Positions 9,238 to 19,188 of a stretch of 64,000 bases of DNA are shown here, in pieces; the first letter of the stretch is position 1, and each line of letters starts with the position of its first letter. The position numbers and the translations under genes were made by a program. Under the pieces are notes generated by a model. The model was not told where the DNA came from. It saw nothing but the letters and a program-made list of their open reading frames with translations, and made no database searches. The stretch comes from an uncultured Gammaproteobacteria bacterium (GTDB taxonomy: Bacteria; Patescibacteriota; Microgenomatia; UBA12405; JAHJSD01), in assembly GCA_964428655.1 (NCBI GenBank), contig CAYRYE010000001.1:9328-73327 (forward strand). The letters are read 5' to 3'.

Positions 9238-9587
9238 TTTGGATTTTTCTCCGCATATTTACCGAGGAATCTCCGAACAGAGCTGAAAACTTCCTCAGAA
9301 CTTGCTTTTTTTAAACTTAGTTTAGCTAAAAAAACAACTTTTAAATCTTGCCTAATGTCAGGTAAAACCTGTCTCACTGCCTCACTTATTAACCGCCTGA
9401 TCCTATTCCTAACTACGGCTCGTTTATCAATCTTTTTAGAAACAACAAAACCGAATTTAGGTCCATCAGTTTGTTGAGACTTGAGAATCAAGAGTGAAAA
9501 AAGCAAACCATTAATTAATCTACCTTCTTTTTTTACTCTCTCAAACTCTTTTTTACCCTTTAAGCGATACTGTTTTGCCAAAGCCAT
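9207..9587 (-). CDS. rnpA: Ribonuclease P protein component
   Basis: KRAVVRNRIRRLISE RNR motif; follows rpmH. Confidence 0.85.
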   Translation of the reverse strand: MALAKQYRLKGKKEFERVKKEGRLINGLLFSLLILKSQQTDGPKFGFVVSKKIDKRAVVRNRIRRLISEAVRQVLPDIRQDLKVVFLAKLSLKKASSEEVFSSVRRFLGKYAEKNPKCGTHCFINH

Positions 9588-9596
9588 ACCCTATTT

Positions 9597-9769
9597 TACC
9601 GCTTTTTAATCCTTTTTATTTTCTTTTCTTGACTAACAGTTAGTTTCTTTCTTCCCTTTAACCTTCTTTTTTTAAGAACATTGCGACCAGTTGAAGTAGC
9701 CATCCGCTTTCGAAAACCATGTTTTTTCTGCCTCTTTTTTTTCTTTGGCTGATAAGTTCGCTTGGGCAT
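9597..9769 (-). CDS. rpmH: 50S ribosomal protein L34
   Basis: Hand translation gives [47 protein letters not shown]..., matching the bL34 consensus. It is below the 60-aa cut-off of the ORF track. Confidence 0.85.
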
Positions 9770-9848
9770 AACAAGTGATTATAGCACAAACCTCTTCTTG
9801 CCAATTGTGGAAAATTTTTTTATAATGTGAATAACTTGCCCTCCAAAT

Positions 9849-11186
9849 ATGACTGTTAATCTTGATTCTCTCTGGTCTAGTGTTTTAACTGAACTCAAAT
9901 TATCTTTAAGCAAAACTATTTTTCAAACTCTCTTTGTTGATACTTCTTTAAAAGAATGTAAAAATCAAATCGCCACCATTGCTTGTCCTAACCCTTATTT
10001 AGCTGATCTGATTGAGAAACGATATTACAGTCTTATCAAGGCGGCTTTGGACCGCCAAACTGGTGACAACACTTCACTCACCTTTATTATTAAAAAACAG
10101 ATAGAAAAACCAAATAAAACAGGACCCTTGTTTGAGCAACAGCCAACCAGTTTAGCTTCAGCAAAAACTGGTCTTCATCCAAGCTTTAGCTTTGAAAACT
10201 TTGTTGTTGGTGACGCTAACCACTTTGCATTTGCCGCTGCTCAAGGAATTATTAAAAATCCAGGAATTACATATAACCCCTTGTTTATCTGGGGTGGTGT
10301 CGGAGTCGGTAAAACTCATTTAATGCAAGCGATTGGCAATGAACTTTTCAAACTCCACTCGGATTGGAAAATACTCTACGCTAATGCAGAAACATTCGGC
10401 AGTGAACTAATTGCTTCTTTAAAAGAAAAAACCATGAATAAATTCAAGCATAAATATCGAAATATTGATATTTTGCTCATTGATGATATTCAATTTATTG
10501 CTGGTAAAGAATATACCCAAAGTGAATTTTTCCATACTTTTAATTTTCTTTATTTAGCCGGCAAACAAATTATTCTTACTTCAGATAGTAAACCCGAGGA
10601 AATTCAACCTTTGAAAGACCGACTTACTTCCCGATTCATGGGAGGATTAACTGTTGATATTCAACCACCAGATTTTGAAATGCGAGTTGCTATCCTTAAA
10701 CAAAAAATTGAACAGAGAAAAATAAATATCCCAGAAGATACGATTACTTTTATTGCCGAAACAATTGAATCAAATGCTCGCGAACTAGAAGGATCTTTGA
10801 TTCAAATCTCTGCTAAAGCACAAGCCCAGGGAATAATTCCTAATCTAGAATTTGTTAAAAACTTTTTTGGTGTTAAGCAAACCAACTCAAATAATAAAAA
10901 AGTTTCTCGTCGAAGAATCATTTCCACTGTCGCCAAAAACTACAAAATCAAAACCTCAGAACTAATCGGTAAGTCTAGAAAAAAGAATATTATTATTGCT
11001 CGTCATATTGCCGCTTATTTCCTTAGAAGGGAACTGGAAATACCTCTTAAACAAGTAGGTGAAATTTTAGGTGGTCGAGACCATACAACAATCATGTATG
11101 CCGAAGAAAAGATTGACCGTCTCTTTTCCACAAATCAACAAATAAGGCATGACATCTTGGAGATGAGAAAAGTGATTTATTCTTGA
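9849..11186 (+). CDS. dnaA: Chromosomal replication initiator protein DnaA
   Basis: Walker A GGVGVGKTHLMQAIGN, Walker B LLIDDIQF, sensor/arginine-finger region, and a C-terminal DNA-binding helix-turn-helix. Confidence 0.95.
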   Translation: MTVNLDSLWSSVLTELKLSLSKTIFQTLFVDTSLKECKNQIATIACPNPYLADLIEKRYYSLIKAALDRQTGDNTSLTFIIKKQIEKPNKTGPLFEQQPTSLASAKTGLHPSFSFENFVVGDANHFAFAAAQGIIKNPGITYNPLFIWGGVGVGKTHLMQAIGNELFKLHSDWKILYANAETFGSELIASLKEKTMNKFKHKYRNIDILLIDDIQFIAGKEYTQSEFFHTFNFLYLAGKQIILTSDSKPEEIQPLKDRLTSRFMGGLTVDIQPPDFEMRVAILKQKIEQRKINIPEDTITFIAETIESNARELEGSLIQISAKAQAQGIIPNLEFVKNFFGVKQTNSNNKKVSRRRIISTVAKNYKIKTSELIGKSRKKNIIIARHIAAYFLRRELEIPLKQVGEILGGRDHTTIMYAEEKIDRLFSTNQQIRHDILEMRKVIYS

Positions 11187-12067
11187 TTCTCTTGTAACGT
11201 CCCTTCTTCAATTTTAACCATGACTGCCGAAATATCATCTATTCTTTTTCTTCCAGTTTTTTCCGCTTCAGTCCGAGCTAAATTAGTAATAAAAGCGGCT
11301 GGATCAGGTTGCTCAAGAGCTTGTTTGATAACATTCTTTATCTCTTCATCCGAAATATATTTTGTAACTCCATCACTAACTAACAAAAGAACATCGCCAA
11401 ATAACGGCATATAAAAGCCTGTTTCAGGATTGAAAAAATCCTTAAGACCAACTCCTCTAGTTAATACATTAACTCTAGCTCCCTCTTTCCTTGCTACTTG
11501 GACAGCTCTCTGGCGAGAATGACCTTCTCTGATTAACTGCCAAACTCTTTTTTCTAATGCATCATGATCAGTTGTTACTTGAGAAAGCTGGTTTTGACTT
11601 AAAATATAAAGTCTTGAATCGCCAAGATGAGCCCAACAAATTCTCCTTCCGGCAATGACTATTGCGGTAAAAGTAGCTACTGTTTCTCTATCCGGTGATT
11701 GTTTTCTAGCATACTCTCTCGCTGTCTTTATTATCTCAATTAAAACCTTATCACCGTTCCCTCCACTGACAGAAATGGGACAAGTTTGAGTGGTATCAAT
11801 CAAAGCCTGGGCCATAACACAACCTCTTGCTGTACTAACACCGTCACTCTCAACTGCCATAAAATCTCCTGCCTTATTTACCCCTGCCCAAACTCGATCG
11901 TCACATCTCTTTTCCATATATTGTCCATCTTCTTTTAAATAGGCTCCGGGAACAACTGAAGTCCAATGGACAATTTTTAATTGTTTCCCACTCTCCACAT
12001 GACTTACTTGATTGACATCTTCTGTTTGCTCCACTACAAAATAAATTATAGCGCAAAAAATGCGCAA
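11177..12067 (-). CDS. PP2C-family (PPM) Ser/Thr protein phosphatase
   Basis: Metal-binding motifs ...FMAVESDGVSTARG and ...LLLVSDGVTKY... typical of bacterial Stp/PrpC-like phosphatases. Confidence 0.75.
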   Translation of the reverse strand: MRIFCAIIYFVVEQTEDVNQVSHVESGKQLKIVHWTSVVPGAYLKEDGQYMEKRCDDRVWAGVNKAGDFMAVESDGVSTARGCVMAQALIDTTQTCPISVSGGNGDKVLIEIIKTAREYARKQSPDRETVATFTAIVIAGRRICWAHLGDSRLYILSQNQLSQVTTDHDALEKRVWQLIREGHSRQRAVQVARKEGARVNVLTRGVGLKDFFNPETGFYMPLFGDVLLLVSDGVTKYISDEEIKNVIKQALEQPDPAAFITNLARTEAEKTGRKRIDDISAVMVKIEEGTLQENQE

Positions 12068-12163
12068 AGTTGTTTTTCATGACTTCTTATCTAATAAAAA
12101 TCAAGGTTGAAATTCTGGAAAAAAAAGAAATTCTATTTCCAATATTCCACATCGGAATCTAAT

Positions 12164-12206
12164 TTATCCACAATTTTCTCCACAAATTAAGCTGTATTTT
12201 CCACCT
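12164..12206 (+). promoter_or_regulatory. DnaA-box cluster (candidate oriC) in the dnaA-dnaN intergenic AT-rich region
   Basis: Perfect TTATCCACA at 12164-12172, plus TTCTCCACA (12178-12186) and TTTTCCACC (12198-12206), in a 320-bp AT-rich spacer. An additional TTTTCCACAATTG is on the opposite strand at about 9826-9838 upstream of dnaA. Confidence 0.6.
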
Positions 12207-12389
12207 CCTATAGTTAGTTTCAGGTATAAACTATCGGTTTCATTAATCAGTTTTAACTTTGATCTTAGGCAAAAATGTTAAAAACCAATCCTTTTTCCTC
12301 ATTAATACCAAACCCAATGTTTAACTTGAATTTCCACTTATTGACACTCCCTATTAATTAGACTACTATTTATTAGAATTAGAATTATT

Positions 12390-13520
12390 ATGAAGTTAAA
12401 ACTACTCCAAGAGGATTTGAATAAAAATTTATCAATAACTTCTCGTTTCGTTGCTTCTAGACCTCAATTGCCTATTTTAGCTAATATTCTCTTTTCCGCA
12501 GAAAAAAATAATAAATTATTCTTAACAGCGACTAATTTGGAAATAGGTATTTGTTGTGGGTTAGGCGCCAAGGTTGAAACGACTGGCAAACTGGCTATTC
12601 CTGCTAAAGAAATTAGCGAGTTTGTTTCCTATCTTTCTGTGGGAAAATTGACCTTAGAAAGTAAAAAGAAAACCCAAATTAAGATAATATCTCCTAGCGG
12701 CGAAAGTCTTTTTACCGGCATGGATCCGGCGGAATTTCCTAAAATTCCTAGTATTAATGAAGATGAGGCCGTTTCTTTGCCTATGAAAGGAATGATTGAA
12801 GCTGTTAATCAAGTAGGCTTCGCAGTGGCTGGTGATGATACGAGGCCTGTGTTGGGGGCAATCAATTGGCAATTTACCACTAGCGGTTATCGTATGGTAG
12901 CCACTGATGGTTATAGATTATCTTTAAAGAATGTTTCTGGAGTTAAGATTAAGGTTAATGCCAAGAATGGCAAAACAACCTTTTTGATTCCTGCTAGAAG
13001 TTTAGCTGAAATTGTTCGTTTAGCAGCTGGTCAAGATAAAATTAAAGTTGGTTTAACTAAGGATGGCAATCAGGTTATTTTTCTTCTTCCTGATCTTCAG
13101 CTGACTTCTCGATTAATTGAAGGTGAATTTCCTGACTACGAGAAGATTATTCCTAGTCAAACAAAAACTAAAGTTGTATTAGAAAAAGAAGAGTTTTTGC
13201 AGGCGGTTAAAATTGCCTCAGTTTTTGCCAGAGAATCGGCAAATGTAGTTAAATTTAGTTTAAAAGACAACCGGATGACTATTTCAGCTAACGCTCCTAG
13301 TGTTGGGGAGAATAAAACCGAAGTTGGCGCTAAGATTGATGGACCAAAACTAGAAATAGCTTTTAATTTCAGATTTATTTTAGATTTTTTAAATGCGGTT
13401 CCCGTAGAAGAAGGAGAGATAAATCTGGAATTTACTGAATCTTTAACTCCTGGTCTTTTTAAAATTCCTTCTGATTCTTCTTGGCTTCATTTAATTATGC
13501 CGGTAAGAGTGGATTTATAA
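12390..13520 (+). CDS. dnaN: DNA polymerase III beta sliding clamp
   Basis: 376 aa with a three-domain clamp pattern and conserved ...ATDGYRL... motif; immediately downstream of dnaA. Confidence 0.9.
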   Translation: MKLKLLQEDLNKNLSITSRFVASRPQLPILANILFSAEKNNKLFLTATNLEIGICCGLGAKVETTGKLAIPAKEISEFVSYLSVGKLTLESKKKTQIKIISPSGESLFTGMDPAEFPKIPSINEDEAVSLPMKGMIEAVNQVGFAVAGDDTRPVLGAINWQFTTSGYRMVATDGYRLSLKNVSGVKIKVNAKNGKTTFLIPARSLAEIVRLAAGQDKIKVGLTKDGNQVIFLLPDLQLTSRLIEGEFPDYEKIIPSQTKTKVVLEKEEFLQAVKIASVFARESANVVKFSLKDNRMTISANAPSVGENKTEVGAKIDGPKLEIAFNFRFILDFLNAVPVEEGEINLEFTESLTPGLFKIPSDSSWLHLIMPVRVDL

Positions 13521-13528
13521 ACTAAGAA

Positions 13529-13936
13529 CTATTTCCAACTTATCTCATGTGTTTGAGGATCAATTTCTTTGCTGTGGATCCAGTCAAGGATTTTTTGGCG
13601 AGTGACAGCTGAAGTTGTTACCTTGATAGTAATTTCAAGTTTTAATGGACCGATGTAGCGAATAGCAATGTTTTTGTCGGGATAGGGGAGATAAGGAGAA
13701 AGAGGGAAGTTGTTTAAAATATTCTGGACAAATTCTTCTTCAGTGATTCCCTTATCGCCGGTATCAGCAGGGGACTTAGTGGGGATTTTAGTTGGATACG
13801 GGGTGGGAAGAAGTGTTGGTATTACCTCTTCTGCTTTTTGAGAACCGAATAGTTTAAAACCCAGAAGCAGACTGGCGATCAAAGCTAAAAGAATGATTAA
13901 CTGATATTTTTTAACAAAAGCAATTAATTTTTTCAT
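13529..13936 (-). CDS. Hypothetical membrane-anchored protein (N-terminal TM, about 100-aa extracytoplasmic domain); first gene of the T4SS-like operon
   Basis: Signal-anchor MKKLIAFVKKYQLIILLALIASLLLGF; no recognisable family. Confidence 0.4.
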   Translation of the reverse strand: MKKLIAFVKKYQLIILLALIASLLLGFKLFGSQKAEEVIPTLLPTPYPTKIPTKSPADTGDKGITEEEFVQNILNNFPLSPYLPYPDKNIAIRYIGPLKLEITIKVTTSAVTRQKILDWIHSKEIDPQTHEISWK

Positions 13937-13945
13937 TTTTAATAA

Positions 13946-16579
13946 TCAGTGACAGCGGATAAATTCAGCCACGCTGGCAACTGGTACGCTCTTAAAATTA
14001 ATTCTACCAGATCCGCCCCAGGCCTGAGCCACTTGAACCATACCGCTATCTAAATCAGCGCCGATGACGATAGCGATGTGACCATATGCTCCTGATGTCC
14101 AAATAGTGTTATCGCCAATTTGAATAGCAGCCATGTTTTCTCCTGGCGAATATACATGAGTACATTGGCCACAACCGCTTCCAACAAAGTGTTTAGCGTC
14201 ACCACAAGCGGGTAGATTTTGTTCAACGGCTCGTTTAAAACCAACACACTGAAGAGTTCCATCCCAAGCAAGTGATATTTTAAAAGTATCTATGATTCTC
14301 TCGGCAGAACCAATCAATTGTTGTAAGGTTTGGCTAGCTCGAAGACAGATAGCAGTCATGTTCATAGAGTTGTTAGTAACCGCCGAAATATTGCAGTCTT
14401 GAAGAATAAAGTTAATATAACAGGCAACTTTTGCCGATTGATTGTTTATACTTTGACAATAACCAACATCGCTTTCAAAAGGAAGCATGTCTCTTATTTC
14501 ACCAATAAGTTCTTCTTCGGTAATTCCTCTTTCAATTGGCGGAGCTAAAGTTTGGTTATACATTTGCATTGGTCCCAAGTTAATGAAAAACAAAACACCA
14601 AAAACGAGAACAAAAATAAGAGCAAGAGGGACAACAGTAGTAACGGTTCCTATGGCAAGGATAATGCCGACCGGGTAATAAATAATGTCTTTGAACCATT
14701 TCAGGACAGGAATTTTGCCAAGAATATCACGGAGTTTAGTTGATAGACCGAGAGTAAAGAAGTTTAAAACCTCAGGAATTTTAAGTTTTTCAGCAATCTT
14801 TTTGATTAGACTCCAGCCCAATCTTAGAGCTTCTGCTCCCAGCCAAATAAGAATACTGGCCCCACCAGTGGGGATGCCTAAAGCGGTGGCCAAAGCAACG
14901 GCAAGAGTTTCTCCGGCAAGGAGTTCTGCTGCTTTTTCAGCTGTCACAAGAACTCCTTTTTCGGCCAGTCTTTTAACTATTTTTTCAGCGGCGTATTTGT
15001 AAAACTTTGTTTTTATTTTCCCAGTAAGTTTTCCAGTAAGTTTTTTAATCGGGATTTTCTTTTTAACCCATCTGTTAAATCTACTTTTGGCTATGTGCTG
15101 ACCAAAATCGGTAACGGGTCTAACAGTTTCCATAATCGCATAGTTAGGGCTTTCTGAAACTTGGCAGGCGGTGCCACCAGGCTTATAAACAGTATCCCAA
15201 TAAGCGATTGCCGGATCAGAAGAGATTGTTTTGGCTGCTGGTTGTTCTTGGACATAATCGTAGAATTTCTGCCAAACATCAACTAACTCTTGCAATTTTG
15301 GTGTTTGGGCAAGTTGGGTGATGGTATATAAAATTGCTGGGGGGTTATTTTTTCCTGGCCTAAGAACATGGAAAATATTGATTGGTTTTGCAGGCAGGTT
15401 ATTGGTTTGTTCAACAAGAGTTTTTTGCCGAGGCATAGGCGTAACTGCCACCGCTCTGCTAAAGTAAGTTGGCAGGCTGGTGAGGGTTTGAACAGCAAGC
15501 TCTACAGCCGGAGTGACTGTTTCCGCGGATGGATCTAAACCAATGTTTGCCAGGTGTCCAATAACGATTTGCTCAACATTATTTTGGGCGTCTTGCCTGA
15601 TTTGTGTTGGCGTCATGTCTTTGGCAATTGCTTTAAGGATAGGAGTAACAGAAGTAATCATTCCTTGTACTAATTGAGTTCCTTCTTTTTCAGTTAGAGA
15701 AACATTGTGGTTTGACAAGACAATGGCAATAGTTGGAGTAGCGATTAGCGGGGCTATTCCTGACTGATCGGCTGTTTCATGAGCAGTTAGTGTTAAAGCA
15801 GCGGCAATTTGATTTAAGGCTTCAGGTGGTAAAGTAGTCGTGATTGATTCTGACAGTGATTGGGGTAGTTCTGGTGAAGGATTGGCGATGCGATAGGCAA
15901 CAGCCGTTGTGGCAGTTGAAAATTGATTTGTTTTGGCTAGTTTCCGGACTTGATCAACAATTGTTTTTCTGATTTCTGGTTGGGGAATAACTCCTTTGAT
16001 TGTGGTTTGTTGTACAGTGCCTGTTTGAAAAGAAGCAAATACCACTTCTTCTGTTTGAGTAGTGGTTAAAGGAATATTATCAACACTTGTGACGGTTGTT
16101 ATTTGTTCAGTTCTCTGTTCTAAAATTCGAGAGATAACCTTGTCTATTTCTGTTTGACTTAAACCATATCTTTCTAAAATTTTACTTAATTCTGTTTTGT
16201 CTCGGATTTCAGCAACAAGTCTTTCTCTTTCTTCTAAAGCTTGAAGCATTTCTTTAAGATTAGAAGGCACTTCACCATGAGTAATAGTATTGCCAGTGAT
16301 AGGCATTTCTTGATAAAAGAAAGCAGAAATTCTATGGAAGAAATCATAAAGATTTTCTTGTTCTTCTAAAGTAAGACCAAAAAGCTGTTCCAGACGAGCA
16401 AAAAGTTGGTTCAGTTGTTCATCAGGCCAACCCAGTTTTTTGAGCGCTTCTTGTTTGTTTGGAGTATCTGATACTCGAGTCGAGAGATCAAAAAAATATT
16501 CAGCGAGAGCGTTGTTTCTTGGTTCAGTAAGCTGGACTCTTGTTTTGGTTTGACTAATTGCCTCTATCTCTCTGGCCAT
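13946..16579 (-). CDS. Large multi-domain T4SS-associated protein: N-terminal Q/T-rich region, central polytopic membrane segment, C-terminal CHAP-type peptidoglycan hydrolase
   Basis: C-terminus carries C...GQCTHV...YGHIAIVIG, matching the CHAP Cys/His catalytic pattern. Several TM helices around residues 560-640. Resembles VirB1/VirB6-like components of Gram-positive conjugation systems. Confidence 0.55.
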   Translation of the reverse strand: MAREIEAISQTKTRVQLTEPRNNALAEYFFDLSTRVSDTPNKQEALKKLGWPDEQLNQLFARLEQLFGLTLEEQENLYDFFHRISAFFYQEMPITGNTITHGEVPSNLKEMLQALEERERLVAEIRDKTELSKILERYGLSQTEIDKVISRILEQRTEQITTVTSVDNIPLTTTQTEEVVFASFQTGTVQQTTIKGVIPQPEIRKTIVDQVRKLAKTNQFSTATTAVAYRIANPSPELPQSLSESITTTLPPEALNQIAAALTLTAHETADQSGIAPLIATPTIAIVLSNHNVSLTEKEGTQLVQGMITSVTPILKAIAKDMTPTQIRQDAQNNVEQIVIGHLANIGLDPSAETVTPAVELAVQTLTSLPTYFSRAVAVTPMPRQKTLVEQTNNLPAKPINIFHVLRPGKNNPPAILYTITQLAQTPKLQELVDVWQKFYDYVQEQPAAKTISSDPAIAYWDTVYKPGGTACQVSESPNYAIMETVRPVTDFGQHIAKSRFNRWVKKKIPIKKLTGKLTGKIKTKFYKYAAEKIVKRLAEKGVLVTAEKAAELLAGETLAVALATALGIPTGGASILIWLGAEALRLGWSLIKKIAEKLKIPEVLNFFTLGLSTKLRDILGKIPVLKWFKDIIYYPVGIILAIGTVTTVVPLALIFVLVFGVLFFINLGPMQMYNQTLAPPIERGITEEELIGEIRDMLPFESDVGYCQSINNQSAKVACYINFILQDCNISAVTNNSMNMTAICLRASQTLQQLIGSAERIIDTFKISLAWDGTLQCVGFKRAVEQNLPACGDAKHFVGSGCGQCTHVYSPGENMAAIQIGDNTIWTSGAYGHIAIVIGADLDSGMVQVAQAWGGSGRINFKSVPVASVAEFIRCH

Positions 16580-16586
16580 GGCTGGT

Positions 16587-18467
16587 TTAAACTTCTACTT
16601 TTATCGGTTGAATTGTTGGTCTTGATTTGGGTGATGGTGGGGTAGTTTTTTCCCTTTTCATTTCTAATAATTCTTCCGGGTTAGAGGTAATTACTTTGTG
16701 TTCGTTGGGAGAAGCAATGACTCGAATAGCCACATGGTTTTTGCCGGCAAAAAAGATTCCTTCACCGATATCAGCTCCCAAAAGCAATTGTCTTTCCCCC
16801 TCAGACAAGTAGAAAACATCAGTAACTTGATCCATGGCTGCCGGGTGCTGTTTGAGCAGTATTTGGATTGAAGAGTTAGTGACGATAGCCTTGCCGTAGT
16901 CAGATTGCAGGAAATCCTGGACATCTTGGGTAATGGTAGTAACGCCAAGATAATATTTCCTTGCCCTTTTGGCTAAGCTGTAAAGGAACTGAGCAGAATC
17001 TTTGTATTTCATTAGATACCAGGCCTCATCAACGACCAAAATGCGTCGTTTCATTTCTCGTCGGATTTTATTCCAAATAAAATCTAGGATAATATACATT
17101 GCTGTTGGTCGAAGGGCTTCCTCAAGATCTCGAATACCAAAGACAACAAATTTGTTTTTAATGTCAACATTAGTTTGAGAGTTGAACAAACCAGCGAATG
17201 AGCCTTTAATGAATTTTTCTAATCGGGCTGCTAAAGAAGCGGCCTTAGGATCTTCCATACCAATTAAGACTTTATAGAGGTCTTCAATTAAGGGCATTTC
17301 TTTTCCTTTTTGAGACTCTGGGTCAAGAGTGATACCTTTCATTTTGTAAGATTGAATTAGGGCTCGATCCAGCAGAGCCTCTTCTTCCGGATTTAACTCA
17401 CCCATAATTACCTTGAATAAGCCGTGAAGAGCCAGAATTTTGCGACCTAATTCATTTTCACTGTTTTCCTGGGAAGAAATTTCTAAATCGAAAGGATTTA
17501 TTTTTGAAGGCGAGTTAAAGCTAAAAGTGATATATTGGCCGCCAACAGCTTTGGCCAAATCCTGGTATTCGTTTTCCGGGTCAATGACCATGATTTCTGT
17601 ACCAAACATTAAAGATCGGAAAACTTCCAGTTTTATCATATAAGATTTTCCTGCGCCCGATTTAGCAAAAACGATAGAGTTCGCGTTTTCCAGGGAGAAT
17701 CGGTCAAAAATAACTAGTGAGCCATTGTGTTCGTTGATGCCGTACATGATTCCTTTGTCGTCAGAAAGATCAGAGGAGACAAAAGGAAAGGTTGTTGCCA
17801 GTGAAGTAGTGTCCATATTGCGAGTAATTTTGAGCAGATCTTGACAAATTGGCAAAGTGGTTTTAAACCCATTTTCCATTTGCAGAGTGGCATGTTTGGG
17901 GATAATTAAAAGTGATCCTAAGTTTGATTCAAGTTCCTTAGTGGTCTGGTTTAACTGGTCAATTGATTTAGCTCCAATAGTGATATAGAGACCGAGCTGG
18001 AAAAATTTCTCAATACCCTTAACCAGCTCTTCTTGCAAGGTAAGTGCATCCTCAAGTTTAGCTTTAGTAGCCGGATTGATTACTCTGCCTCGTTGAATGT
18101 CTGAGGAGAGTTCAGCTTCCATTTCAGCAATTTTGCGACGGAGATCGTCTAAGATTTCTTTACCTTCAGTGGGATAGATATACATGGAAGTATCTAGAGA
18201 GTGGTCGAAGTTGATTAACGATGAAAGCCAATTGGCGGAGACAAACCTGGGGTAGTTAACAATAAAAAGAGTTCGATAGTAACGATTATTAATTCTAACC
18301 CAATCAAAATCGACTTCAATAGCTGAAGGGGCGACAATGTCTTTTACAGAAACCAACCCAGCAGAAAACGAAACAGGTTTAGTTTTGTCAGTTGGATTAA
18401 CTGTTGTTTTTTGGTTTTTGGTTGACTTCTTTACTGGTTTGATTTTGTTGAAAAAATCTAGGATCAT
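16587..18467 (-). CDS. virB4: VirB4/TrbE-like type IV secretion ATPase (core and C-terminal ATPase part)
   Basis: DWVRINNRYYRTLFIVNYP... WL..L entry motif typical of Firmicutes-type VirB4; Walker A AKSGAGKSYMI; Walker B ILVVDEAWYLM. Confidence 0.85.
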   Translation of the reverse strand: MILDFFNKIKPVKKSTKNQKTTVNPTDKTKPVSFSAGLVSVKDIVAPSAIEVDFDWVRINNRYYRTLFIVNYPRFVSANWLSSLINFDHSLDTSMYIYPTEGKEILDDLRRKIAEMEAELSSDIQRGRVINPATKAKLEDALTLQEELVKGIEKFFQLGLYITIGAKSIDQLNQTTKELESNLGSLLIIPKHATLQMENGFKTTLPICQDLLKITRNMDTTSLATTFPFVSSDLSDDKGIMYGINEHNGSLVIFDRFSLENANSIVFAKSGAGKSYMIKLEVFRSLMFGTEIMVIDPENEYQDLAKAVGGQYITFSFNSPSKINPFDLEISSQENSENELGRKILALHGLFKVIMGELNPEEEALLDRALIQSYKMKGITLDPESQKGKEMPLIEDLYKVLIGMEDPKAASLAARLEKFIKGSFAGLFNSQTNVDIKNKFVVFGIRDLEEALRPTAMYIILDFIWNKIRREMKRRILVVDEAWYLMKYKDSAQFLYSLAKRARKYYLGVTTITQDVQDFLQSDYGKAIVTNSSIQILLKQHPAAMDQVTDVFYLSEGERQLLLGADIGEGIFFAGKNHVAIRVIASPNEHKVITSNPEELLEMKREKTTPPSPKSRPTIQPIKVEV

Positions 18468-19182
18468 CTTGTTTTAGCTTTACTCTTCCTTTAATAATAG
18501 CTCCTTGTTGATTTAAAGCGTCAATATTATCAACCAGACTTGATTCCTGATTATAAATCTGATAGAAAAGCTGGATTAACTCTTTGCTTTTAAGCTGTTT
18601 AATTGATAAACCCAGTCTACCAAAAAGACGAATTAAATGTTCTTTTTTGGGTTCTAAAGTTGCCTTAGCTCTTTCCAAGATCTTTTCTTTAGCCATAGGT
18701 AGTGATTTGTTTGTTTGTTTGTTTAATAGTGAGAGTGGGAGAGGCAGACTAGTTTTAACCGCTGTTTGGACTCCTAGTTCGACTGAAAAGAAAGGGATAA
18801 TTATATAGAAAGATTTGGCTAAAACGTTGTTTTTCTTAACTACTTCCTCGACGAATTGGCGATAAAGGATAATCTGTTTTTTCAACAGTGGTTCGTTGAT
18901 TTTAGCCTCTTGTTTTTTGAGACGATTAACATAATTGGAAACATCCTTTAAAGTGGATCGGATCACGATTTGAACTGGAAAAGTAAGTGAGTTGAGCATG
19001 GCGGCGTAAGTGTAGATCATTGCCTCTTGTTCTTTTTCAGAAAGAAGGTCAAAGTTAACTGATGAAGTTTCTAAAATCATAATACAAGACCCATTTTTTA
19101 AAATGGTTAAATCTTCCTTGATGTCTTCGATAGGGAGATGTTCTTGAGTGGTTCCTTTAATAGCAATTTTGTTTAAGTCCAT
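18397..19182 (-). CDS. VirB4 N-terminal-domain-like protein; likely the 5' portion of a split or frameshifted virB4
   Basis: ILETSSVNFDLLSEKEQEAMIYTYAAMLNSLTFPVQIVIRS resembles the N-terminal region of Gram-positive VirB4 ATPases. It overlaps the next ORF by 71 nt in a different frame. Confidence 0.5.
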   Translation of the reverse strand: MDLNKIAIKGTTQEHLPIEDIKEDLTILKNGSCIMILETSSVNFDLLSEKEQEAMIYTYAAMLNSLTFPVQIVIRSTLKDVSNYVNRLKKQEAKINEPLLKKQIILYRQFVEEVVKKNNVLAKSFYIIIPFFSVELGVQTAVKTSLPLPLSLLNKQTNKSLPMAKEKILERAKATLEPKKEHLIRLFGRLGLSIKQLKSKELIQLFYQIYNQESSLVDNIDALNQQGAIIKGRVKLKQDDPRFFQQNQTSKEVNQKPKNNS

Positions 19183-19188
19183 GGGAGC

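Noticed and set aside
14050-15498. Several 60-105 aa ORFs on both strands inside 13946..16579
   Set aside because: They are internal or antisense to the 877-aa CHAP-domain gene, with no independent support.
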